Part shown: positions 12,841-23,830 of the stretch, piece after piece
How positions within the stretch are numbered: position 1 is the stretch's first letter
How the letters are laid out: each line of letters starts with the position of its first letter
From: Chiloscyllium plagiosum
Taxonomy: Eukaryota
Length of the DNA: 64,000 nt
Reading direction: 5' to 3'
NCBI RefSeq assembly: GCF_004010195.1
Contig: NC_057728.1
Coordinates: 49,089,065-49,153,064 of the forward strand
Program-made: the position numbers and the translations under genes
The notes under the pieces: generated by a model
What the model saw: the letters and a program-made list of their open reading frames with translations, nothing else
What the model was told of the DNA's origin: nothing
The model's database searches: none

Positions 12841-14600
12841 TCAGTTATCTGTAAAAATAATAGGGTCTTAATGGTAGGGATGTTAACATTCCAAAAGTAG
12901 ACTGGGACTGCCATAATGTAAAGGGGTTAGATGGAGAGGAATTTGTTAAGTGTGTTAAAGAAAGTGTTTTGATTCAATCTGTGGCTGCATACTAGAGAAG
13001 GTGCAAAACTTGACCGACTCTTGGGAAATAAGGCAGGGCAGGTGACCGAGGGGTCAGTGGAGTACTTTGGGCCAGCGATTCTATTAGTTTTAAATAGTGA
13101 TGGAAAAGGATAGTCCAGATCTAAAAGTTGAAGTTCTAAATTGGAGGAAGGCTAATTTTGACAGTATTAGGCAAGAACTTTCAAAAGTTGACTGGGGGCA
13201 GATGTTCACAGGTAAAGGGACGGCTGGAAAATGGGAAGCCTTCAGACATGAGATAATAGGAATATACTTTCTCTGGATTTACGTTAGGGTGAAAGGAAAG
13301 ACTGATAGTCCATCCAGCATTTCATATACCTAAAGAAATTGAGGGTTTGGTTAAGAAAAAGAAGGAAGCATCTGTCAGGTATAGACAGGATAGATCGAGT
13401 GAATCCTTAGAAGAGTATAAAGGCAGGAGGAGTATACTTAAGAGGGAAATCAGGAGGGCAAAAAGGGGACGTGAGATATCTTTGGCAAATAGAATTAAAG
13501 GAAAATCCAAAAAGGTTTTTACACAGCTCATTCCACACACACACCACCTTCTTAGGTCCCTTTTATATCTCTCCCCGCTCACAGATGAGGTGCCGGAATA
13601 TTGGAGGTTGGCTAACGTGGTGCCATTGTTTAGGTAGGGTGGTAAGGACAAGCCAGGGAACTATAGACCAGTGAGCCTGACATCCGTGGTGGGCACGTTG
13701 TTGGAGGGAATCCTGACGGACAGGACGTACATGTATTTGGAAAAGCAAAGACGGATTAGGGATAGTCGACACAGTTTGTGCATGGGAAATCATGTCTCAC
13801 AAACTTGATTGAGTTTTTCTGAAGTAGTAACGAAGAGGATTGATGACAGCAGAGCAGTAGATGTGATTGATACAGGCTTTGACGAGGTTCCCCATGGGAG
13901 ACTGGTGAGCAAGGTTAGATCTCACGGAATACAAGGAGAACTGGCCATTTGGATATAGTACTGGGTCAAAGGTATAAGACAGAGGATGGTGGAGGATTGA
14001 TCTTCAGATTAGAGGCTTGTGACCAGTGGAGTTCCACAAGGATCGGTGCTGGGTCCTTTTTTTTTTGTCATTTATATAAATGATTTGGATGTGAGCATAA
14101 GAGGTATAGTTAGTAAGTTTGCTGATGACACCAAAATTGGAGGTGTAGTAGACAGCAAAGGTTACCTCAAATTACAATGGGATCTTGATCAGATAGGCCA
14201 ATGGGCTGAGAAGTGGCAGATGAAGCTTAAATTCGATAAATGCAAGGTGCTGCATTTCAGGAAAGCAAATCTTAGCAGGACTTATACACTTAATGGTAAG
14301 GTCCTAGGGAGTGTTGCTGAACAAAGAGACCTTGGAGTGCAGGTTTATAGCTCCTTGAAAGTGGAGTCGCAGGTAGATAGGATAGTGAAGGTGGTGCTTG
14401 GTATGCTTTCCTTTATCGGTCAGAGTATTAAGTACAGGAGTTGGGAGGTCATGTTGCAGCTGCAAAGGATACTGGTTAGGCCACTTTTGGAATATTACAT
14501 ACAATTCTAGTCTCCTTCCTATTGAAAGGATGCTGTGAAACTTGAAAGGGTTCAGAAAAGATTTAAGGTTGTTGTCAGGGTTGGAGGATTTGACTCCATG
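12841..14600 (+). mobile_element. CR1-clade LINE, rearranged (endonuclease and RT fragments, internal deletions, small inverted piece at ~13523-13582)
   Basis: ORF 14019..14510 with SGVPQGSVLGP and [12 protein letters not shown] motifs; ACATGA duplicated at 12835-12840 and 14601-14606. Confidence 0.92.
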
Positions 14601-14718
14601 ACATGAGACAAGGATTTTCTGTACAATGAGGTAAATGGACCCAGGTGATCTTAAAGATCCATTCATCACCTTCATTGATACAAATTTGCTGACAAGGCAT
14701 AATAGACAAACGCATTGC

Positions 14719-15064
14719 AGCACAAGGGATCAGTTGTTAGCACTGATGCTTCATGGCACTGGAGACCCAGGTTCAATTCCACCCTTGGGCAACTGTCTCA
14801 AGTCTGCATATTCATTGCGTCTGCATGGGTTTCCTGCAGGTGCTCTAGTTTCCTCCCACAGTCAAATATGTGCAAGTTAGGTGGATTGGCTATGCTAAAT
14901 TGACCATAGTATCCAGGGATGTGAAGGCTAGGTGAATTAGCCAATGTAGAAATGCAGGGCTTTAGGGATTGAGTGGGATGATGAGTCTTGGTGTATGCTC
15001 TTCAGAGGGTCAATGTGGACTTGATGGGCTGAATGGCCTGCTTCCACACACTATAGATTCTATT
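14719..15064 (+). mobile_element. tRNA-derived V-SINE (HE1-like)
   Basis: Head, V-domain and CR1-like tail; ATTGC duplicated at 14714-14718 and 15065-15069. Confidence 0.85.
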
Positions 15065-16130
15065 ATTGCTTTTTGTTACCATGAGTGCAAATGCACTCTG
15101 GTATCAAGGCTGCATTTTCAATTCCTTGAACTATTCTAAGATTGAAAAAGGTCACACCTCATATCTGTTGTACTGCAAGTTAAGATCTGCTGCTACCCAC
15201 CTCCACCCCCAAATGAAAATTCATTAAATCACCTCACTACCAATAAATATTGTTTAAAAACACAGATCTAACATACATCATTTAGACTATTTTTTGACAT
15301 TTTCACTGACAGAAATTGGGCCCAGACTGAGATCAATGTAACAGCGTTTCCTAGTGATGAAGAAAGTTGCCGCAAAGTTCAATTAAACTCTTTTGGAAAT
15401 CTTTCCAATGATATTTTTGATTCTGGCATCAACTCATACAGGATTTCCAGCATCCAGCAGTGATGCCTTCAATGAGGATAAATCGTCATTCATATTGAAG
15501 AATTCGGACACAAAAAGGAAACTGCAGTAACGATCCTTCACGAGTTGTAAATCTTAGTAAAACTTAAGCATTATCATTGGATTAAGATAATGGGCATCTT
15601 AAATTTTGAAAAACATGCCACACAAAAAAAAGGTCAGAGGGGTTGTTAGCAATAAATTACAACAAAAAGGCTGCAAAAAAAAAAACCCAAATTATATCTC
15701 ATACAACATATGACTTCTTTCAAGGGGTTTGTACACCAAGACCAATAATAGCATCAAAAATTAAAGCCATTTTCAAATGCAGGGACATTCAAGAAGGCAC
15801 TCCAGAAAAGAAAACCACTGGACAGAGCATTTAGATTTGCAGCTTTATCTGAAAATGCTGATGTCAGAAGCAGCCATCTGTTTCACAGTTATGATGGCAA
15901 AGGTTGTGCCATCGAGAACAAAATCCAGGCCAGCTGGACAAACATTTGGTCTAAAGTAAATTCTAAACTGAAAGTGTAGTCCAATAAAATTTAATCTATT
16001 TCCACAATCTAACCCATTGTTACTCTGAAGAATAGAATATTCTTTTGAAACTACACACTAGTTTCTGGATGTATTTTAACATCATTCAACTCCTTATTTA
16101 AATAAAAACACTGAATTTTATATAAAGCCT

Positions 16131-16136
16131 TTTATT
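16131..16136 (-). terminator. Candidate distal poly(A) signal of CPSF6
   Basis: Minus-strand AATAAA followed ~20 nt later by TTCA and GTGTTTTTATTT. Confidence 0.5.
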
Positions 16137-17087
16137 TAAAAAATGGTGATTTAAAAAAGGTGTAACAAAAGTGCTTGATCAATAATTTAAAAGTAAAGAA
16201 GCAAAGCATCCAAATTTAATATCTAAAAATTTTACTTACCCGAGTCTTGTTTTTGGACAATCTAACTTTAAGAATAATTTTAGTAAATAGTCAACATTTT
16301 TCTAGTTACAAATCTCATACCTGTGGATTGGAAAATCTTATTGTGCTGTCTAGTTTCCTGGTAAACATAGTTGCAAGTGCAGCAAAGATTGACTTTCATA
16401 CAACTATTTTAGCAAAATGCATAACTTTAAAGATGACATATCCAACCATAATGGTTCATTAATTACAAAAAAAGCTATGAGTTGTAGTTTCATGTTAAAT
16501 GGCAATATACTCTTCAAGTAGTGGTTCAGAACAACAGGTTTTCAATAAACAAAAATAATGCTAAACCAAAAGCTGCTACTAATGAAAATGCTCTAGGTCC
16601 TTTTTAAGAATCTTGCGTAAAATTTTGCAATTATAATTACATGAAACAGTGAACCATCTGTTACACGAACTAAAAATTACATCAGTGCTGTACTGTCGAC
16701 ACCTCCTTCCAAAAAGGAACAAACATTGGTAATGGCTGAACTGTTAAAGTAACAAACATATCAATATTGTTAGCAAGTTATGATTAACGCAGCTATGAAC
16801 CAAAAATAACTTGCAATATTCCAAAAAAATGTCAGCTACATTTGGGAATAAGATGTACGACCAGTCCCTTTAAAAAATGACACATTTACTCTATTAAATA
16901 AGATCATATTCAAATTATCCATTTCTACCACAAATTTATGAGTATGAACAATAAACTCCTACATAAATGCTCAGTCATGCTCCACTTTAGCCAAAAGGAA
17001 GCTCACTTTATGTAAAAGGATTAAATCTCCTAATTTTAAACCAGAGTCAGATCAATGATCATAAAAGGAGGCCCGCATCTAGCTATA

Positions 17088-17470
17088 GGGAAGTCTTATG
17101 GCACAGTGGGTAACCTGCCTGCCTCAGTCTGAAGCTCCAGGTTCAACTTCCACCCCAAGAACTGATGGCCAAGGGAATTATGGCAAGTTTGTAAAAACAA
17201 GGTTGAATATCAACCTGTAATTCTTTCCAACACATAAGCAGCAGGCAGTAAGAACAGGAGATATGCCCGGTCAGCCATGGGACAGAAAGTAAATTGAAGC
17301 CCCTGACAAGCTTAGTCATATCTCCAGACTTGTAAAGTGCATGCTCCCACATGTGACCTCTAATACACTATCGCCATCTAACTCTAAGACACCAGGGAAA
17401 CCAATCTAAAGGAAGCTGACTCCCAAGCCTGGGAACATCAGAACTTAAAACTAAGGCCTCTAAAGGGGAA
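17088..17470 (+). mobile_element. Old tRNA-derived SINE inside the inferred CPSF6 3'UTR (antisense)
   Basis: TGGCACAGTGG A-box and GGTTCAACTTCC B-box; body differs from the HE1-like copies. Confidence 0.5.
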
Positions 17471-18574
17471 TTAACCACTAGAACTAGAGTAACCAGTCAC
17501 CCACTGAACCATTATTTTTATTGTAACACTAAAAGAGACTTAAGATGTACCATTTTGCAACTGACAAATGTGCTTCAGACTGATCACAACCCAGCCCCAA
17601 AGTGTTTCTGTTAAAAAGTTTCACATTTTGTATTTGCCCAGTAGTTGAGTTTCACATTTAAACATTTAAGAACTTTTCAGTGCAAAAATAGTGCTAATAT
17701 ACAGACAGTCGAAACTGTGCTATCCTGGTTTTGTACTGGATTTGTACATGAATATTAAAACCATCAAAAGTTAATCTACACGAACTGCCCTTTTTCACCA
17801 TATATGCTTTTAGAGACCTTTTTAGCTAATTTTCAGAAACTAAGGCCATTGAAAAATACTTGACATTAACTGCATTTTCTAAACAAGCTATAAGTCTGTT
17901 CAAAGTAAAAAGCAGTGTGTAGACGTTTTGGTGGTTTTCAAATTCAAACTCAAGACAAAATGAAAACATATACAGAGCTTTCAGTTTCAATTACTACAAC
18001 AAAATCTTAGAACATGGGCTTCTATTTCGATATTCAGGTTGTTTGTACTGTCCTCATTTAGTTTAAAAAAAGTATTTGGCAGTCCCAAATAGTCTGTATT
18101 GAAATACAATGCAACTGCTGTACATTTATGTAAACCATTCCTCTCCCCAATTGAGGTAGCAGAGGCAGATAAAAATAATTAGCACAGAATTTAGGAAGAA
18201 AAAATCCTCTCACTAAAATCAGGATTTCATGTCCAACACACTACACTTTGACATACAGAATAGGAAAAATGTTTTCTTCTACACAAGCAATCACAAATTA
18301 TATTGCTGAATTATTTTTAATTCCAAGACGTGAAGTGAACGTGTTTAAAAAAAGTCCCCAATCAGCCACATCTGGATTTCTTTATCATTAAGACGCTTCT
18401 GCATTAAAACTACAATGGAAGGTTGACTAACACAAGCTCCAAACCAACTGAGGCAAATTACACATTGGAATTTATCAAATTAAAACAAACATACAGCCTT
18501 CAAAAGGATTCAACATCAAGAAACTGAATTTGAAAACTTGCATAATCTACACAACCGTAGGCTCCATTTAACAG

Positions 18575-18580
18575 TTTATT
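18575..18580 (-). terminator. Proximal poly(A) signal of CPSF6 with adjacent UGUA motifs
   Basis: Minus-strand TTGTAATAAA; TGTA at 18580-18583, 18594-18597 and 18628-18631. Confidence 0.7.
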
Positions 18581-21500
18581 ACAACACTAATGGTACATCT
18601 ATTTTGATAAACTGAAACTGAGCTGCTTACAGTCATTATTTGAACATTAACATTTTTGTAACAATTTTGGTAACAAGATGGAAAGAACTATAAAAACAGA
18701 GAAGCTAACAACTTTTAATTGTTTACATGTCAGATACTTCTAACGCTTAGAATACGAAGAGTTGCCAAAGCTTTTAGTAACTTTTAAGTCACAGGTTGTG
18801 TCCAAATAAAATGGTTAATCAAGCAACATAAAAAAAATGTAGAGCAATCAGTTACCATTACAGTGGATTTGCTTTATTCGTTACTGTTGCTCCGTTTAAC
18901 CACGTAGCCTGAGAATTCCTGTTCAACCATGAAATTCCAACAGATGGATAAAGGGCAGTCCTTTCTGTGAAGAGCATTTGTTGTTTCTTTTATCTGGAGA
19001 CGTTTCTCTTCAGACAGCTGTAATGTGTCAAAATTCATGATGTAGATTTTGTTCTTCCCTGTCTACGTTTGTACATACTTTACACCATCATACTGAATTT
19101 ACTAAGTACATATTATAACTCATGCATTTGTGTATTAATATTGGTATCTTGAATACATTTTACCCTACTAGTATGCAAATACTACAGATCAAAGAAACAA
19201 TTTAAACTCTTGTTCAGCACAATAGAAAAGTGTAAAATATTTTTCCACACATTTCAGAGAGGCCAGAATTTACATTAAGACCATTATGCTACATACCAGT
19301 AAATTAATTAATTAATTAATACACATTAGAAGGTTTTTTTCAGTCACATTTAGAAGTAAATATGATTTTTTAAAAAGCTCAAGCTTTGAACTTTCATCCA
19401 TTTTAAAATATTTCAAGCATGAAAACCAAATCCAATTGTGACCTTTCACCAGCTGACTCAGTAAAACATTGGGAACAATTTGTCCACAAGTGCCTAGATG
19501 TGGCTGAGTTTTATTCAAAAGTTATTTCAATAAGTCACATTTTATTGAGTGCCCAATCATAGTATGTCACTTGACAACGACAGAGGTCTGTGTAGGTTTG
19601 TACACATTTAAATCCATGAAAACAAAAATAAAAGGGGCCATAAGTGAAATGCTACAGTTTCATTAAAAAAAACTTAAAGCCTCAGGGAACTTGAATACAG
19701 GTCAAAAGGTCACAACTGGGCTAATTTGCATGGAAATACTCTTTCAAACATGAAACATTTTCAGTAAAACATGAATTTATCAACAGTACTTGCTGGAAAA
19801 GAGTCAATGTATTGCACCTTACAAAAACAGAAAATTTTGTTCTTGTGTAACAACCAGACATGCATATATACAATGCTTCAAGCTAAAGCTCTCAACAATC
19901 TTCTACTTCAATGTCATCTAAAAGTTCATTCTGAATTAAAAACATTAAAGATAATTTTACAATTTTTGCAACAGCCACAAATTTCCCCATGCCCTGTGAT
20001 TCATACTGGTTTCAAAAGTATTTACAGTAACTAATCATGTTGACAATTAACCTTTTGATTAAGAATCATTATTTAATAGCAATGGAGTAAATAACAAATG
20101 ACTGCGTAAACTGCTCTTTAAACCTAGCTGATGCATTCACTAGAAATGTCACTGCACACTGTAAGCCCCTTAAGTTATCCAGAAGATTCATATTAATGTA
20201 TCAGAAGTGACTATAAGCAACAGCTTTTCTACATTTCAAGCATATTCAAAGCTGATAATATTTATTTCAATGCCTAGTTGAAACAAATATAGCAGTCTAT
20301 TAAACAGCAAGGCCATACAAAACAATTTCATAAAAAGTGAACCAATTGTAGTAAAATCTAGAAACGTTGCAATGCCACGCCTCATAGCATACTATATTAT
20401 TAGCAATCATCTGGCTCTCAACTTGTTGAAGAATAAAGTTTTACACTCCATAAAACTGAACCCATATTTTACAATCTCCATGAGACAACATTTCCCCATG
20501 GCTGCACGTAACCAATCTCCACCAGGGACACACAAAAGGTTGTCCAAATTGCACCAACATGGATTAACTTTGAGTGTGTTAGTTTAGAATTTAAGACTAT
20601 GTTCAAATTTAAAGGAAAAGATTATTTAATTGAAAAGATTAATTTCAACTATAGCATTTGACAACTATAATTCTACTGTAAGAGAGAGGACAGTGAAACT
20701 TCTTTAGGCATTAAAAACTAAATTCTCATGTATTTGAGGTCCAAGCATTCATTAACCAGTTAGTTCTGTTACCAGATTATGATGATACTGAGTGATGAGC
20801 AATTTAAAAATAAGCTTAACACTAATATTAATTCATTAAATAAAAGTTTTAAACATGGTAGATTTAATTTCAGTGCTATGCTAATACAATAGAAGACAGC
20901 AGCCACATCGAAAATTAATTTCAGTTAATCCAGAGTAAGACAGACTGCAATCACTGCTCAATCTAAAGCTCTGCTGAAGCGGCCATTTCCATTTGTGGGT
21001 TGAAAGGATAGGTACAAATCTTCTACCTGCTTTGGCACTGAGCAACTAAAGTGAAGCATAGATTTAAAATGGATAAATTTGCTGTCATCTAATACACAAA
21101 TCAGTGTCTAAGTTACCACTGAATTGTTAACAAATTTACTGTAACAAACTGGAAAGTAACAAGAGGTCTCAGAATTCCAGATGACTGAAGTTTATTAGCT
21201 ACTTTCAATAAATCCAATGTATTTTCGTCTTTCCATTGAGCCAATTTATTTCTTAAAACTTGAGACCAAACTGTTTACAATCTATATGAGCAATAAGAAA
21301 CCTGGTGCTAAACTTTGCTCTCTTTGTTAGGGTAGGATGGGAGGTTGGTAGTGTAAGGGTGAGACATAGCAAGAGCGAGAGCCAGAGACTGCGACAGCCT
21401 CTCAGGACCAGAGGACTGAGTTAAACAACTTAGGGCAAGATGAGAACAAATTTTGTTTTACAAATGTTGGTGAATCTTTGGAATTCCCTACCAGGAAGGG

Positions 21501-23059
21501 CTGGTACCAGGCAATGAGTTTATAATATGTGCATCAATCATTTTTTCGGTATTACAAAATATCAAGTGAAATGGGGCTATTATCTGGATGAAAGACTGAG
21601 GCAGATCAGCCAAGATCTAATTAAATAGTAAACAAGGTACAGAAGACAAAGAGCTTAATCCCACTTCCCATGTTCCTACACAACTTGATACATTAGTAGT
21701 AAGTGATTACATATTGCTCGAAAGGTTCTTAGCTTAAAAGAATAAGGAATTTTTGAAATCGATAGTGGATGGTTAGCAGATGCCAGATTGTTAAAGTTCC
21801 TCAGACTGGTGTTACAACAAATGACAATAAATGGGTCAGAACCAGAACATTAAAATTGAAGGATAACAAAACATTCATGCATAAAATATATCAGAAAACA
21901 AAAAGTCTATTTTGTTGAAATCTAAAGAGGATTACAATTAGACACGGAGTGTTAGGTGCTGTTATTAACTACAAATATGGGATGTTAATGCACAATTTTC
22001 ATATTTACAACTTAGCAAACTTATTTCACAAATACTTTAGTGCAACAGTTTAGTGCAACAGGAATTCTATTCTATAGAAATAATTAGAACAGAACAGAAC
22101 TGACATAAGGATACATTTCCTCTGCTTTATTCAGTTGTTTGATTTATTTAGGCATGGATTCCCAAATGCTTCAACACAGCAATGGCTGCTATAAAGCTCA
22201 GACTACATTAAGACAGCGTAAGCTGCATTTCAACTCTGGTTTTCTTTTAGTGTTGGTTGTTATGTCCTAGTAAAACTGAAACTGAACTGCTGCTGCAAAA
22301 ACAACATGGTTTTCAATTTCATCAACCCATTTACTTTTTTTTGTGGGGATTGGGGTTGAAGAGAAGAGAGACATGAGGAGAGCATGGACAAGGGAAAGAA
22401 AGGCAAACAGGACGAAAGAGAGGGAGAGAAAGGGGATCTTGCTTAAGGGGTGAAGAGAGGGGCTAGCTGGGGCAGCATCTTAGAGTGCACACCTCCCCTA
22501 CAATTAAATACTCAACAAATAAAGCCTGCAACATTCAACATCTCTTCCAATCCTCACATATTCTCGAAGTGGGAAATGGTAAAAATCAATTGACTCTTGG
22601 AAGAGATAGTTGGCGTTGCACTGAATTAGGTCATATGCATTAGATTTAAGAACATTAAAAAGAGGAGGGAAAATATTGTTGGTCCTACCCTGCACTCAAC
22701 TAATTTACATCACAACCTGGTTAAGGGTTACAAATGGTTTATTTCACCAGTTAAGATTCCAAAAGCATTAAAATATCAATTTTAAAACATGGCTTGGTGT
22801 GTCAACATTTTATTTAGACACCGACTGTCTAATTGCAATAATCCATTTGTATCAGCAAGACCAAAACTAAATTGTTTTCTACTGGTTATAGTTTTCCCAT
22901 GTCCAAAAAACTCCACAAACCTGCAAAAGGAATGAAAATTACTCAAACACCCCTGAATGCTATTTAAAAAGACAGCTTTATAACATTTGAATATGCAAAT
23001 AACAACAACTTTAGGTAGTACACACAGCAGCTGGACTATTGGCAATTAGGATAATCAAA

Positions 23060-23830
23060 TCTACACTGCCATTCTGACTATGGGTGATATGATAATCAAC
23101 AACTCCACTTTCCTGCCATTTCTCCATAACCCTCTATTTCCTTACTGATTAAAAAGGTGTCTCAGCCTTCAATATTCTTAATGATAGTCCCTTGCAGTAA
23201 GGAATTCTGACTCATACCCTCAAGAACTCCCTCATTTGTCCTAATTGCATGAATCCTTATTCAAGATTATGAACTCTGGTCCTGGATTCTCCAATAAAGG
23301 GAACCAATCTTTCTGCATCTACCCAGTCACGTCCCTTAAGAATCTTATTATCTTCCAGTAAAGTTGCCTCCAATGGGTACAGGCACAACCCACTCAACCT
23401 CTCCTCAAAAGAGAATTCCTCCATACGCAGGATCAACCTAGTGAACCCTTTGAATTGCCTCCAATGCTAGTAAATAGAGAATTATACAGCATAGAAATAG
23501 ACCCTTCAGCCCAACCAGTCTATGCTGAACATAATTCCAAACTAAACTAGGCTCACGTATCTGGCCCATATCCCTCCAAACCTTTGCTATCTATCCTTAT
23601 ATAAAAGGAAATCTTAACTGTTCAGTGTTCTAGGTGCAGAGAACTTGTGCCTTGCATAGTTTTAGCAAAACTTCCCTATTTTTATACTCTTATTGCCTTT
23701 GAAGTATAGATCAACAATCTATTTGTCTTTCCCACTACCCTGTAAACCTGGACATGAGTATTTTTGTCATTTATGCACGACGGTTCCCAATTCCTTCTGT
23801 GCTGTAGCTTTCTGCAGTCTTTCTCCATTT
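23060..23830 (-). mobile_element. Old CR1/L2-type LINE 3' fragment with a nested younger CR1 tail (~23475-23595)
   Basis: Degenerate reverse-complement LINE 3' motifs; nested GAAATAGACCCTTCAGCCCAACC tail. Confidence 0.6.

Larger units (their letters stand above)
7300..15990. pseudogene. Decayed intronless coding-like tract of unknown origin (candidate EVE or large transposon), interrupted by younger retroelements
   Basis: Many 50-150-codon open stretches with protein-like composition and retained CpGs; readings continue across insertions once TSDs are removed; terminal TAG (15977-15979) followed 4 nt later by AATAAA. No family recognised. Confidence 0.45.
16110..19017 (-). other. CPSF6: CPSF6 non-coding terminal exon (3'UTR); distal end inferred
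   Basis: ttacag|CTGTCTGAAG acceptor at 19017. Blocks GAATAAAGCAAATC, GCTCTAC-T-run-ATGTTGCTT and GTGTTGTAATAAACTGTT resemble the human CPSF6 3'UTR as I recall it. AATAAA at 18873-18878, 18575-18580 and 16131-16136 (the last followed by a GT/T-rich downstream element). Confidence 0.75.

Noticed and set aside
15520..15610. ILHEL*ILVKLKHYHWIKIMGIL resembling kinase subdomains III-IV
   Set aside because: No GxGxxG, VAxK, HRD or DFG motifs nearby; not enough to call a kinase.
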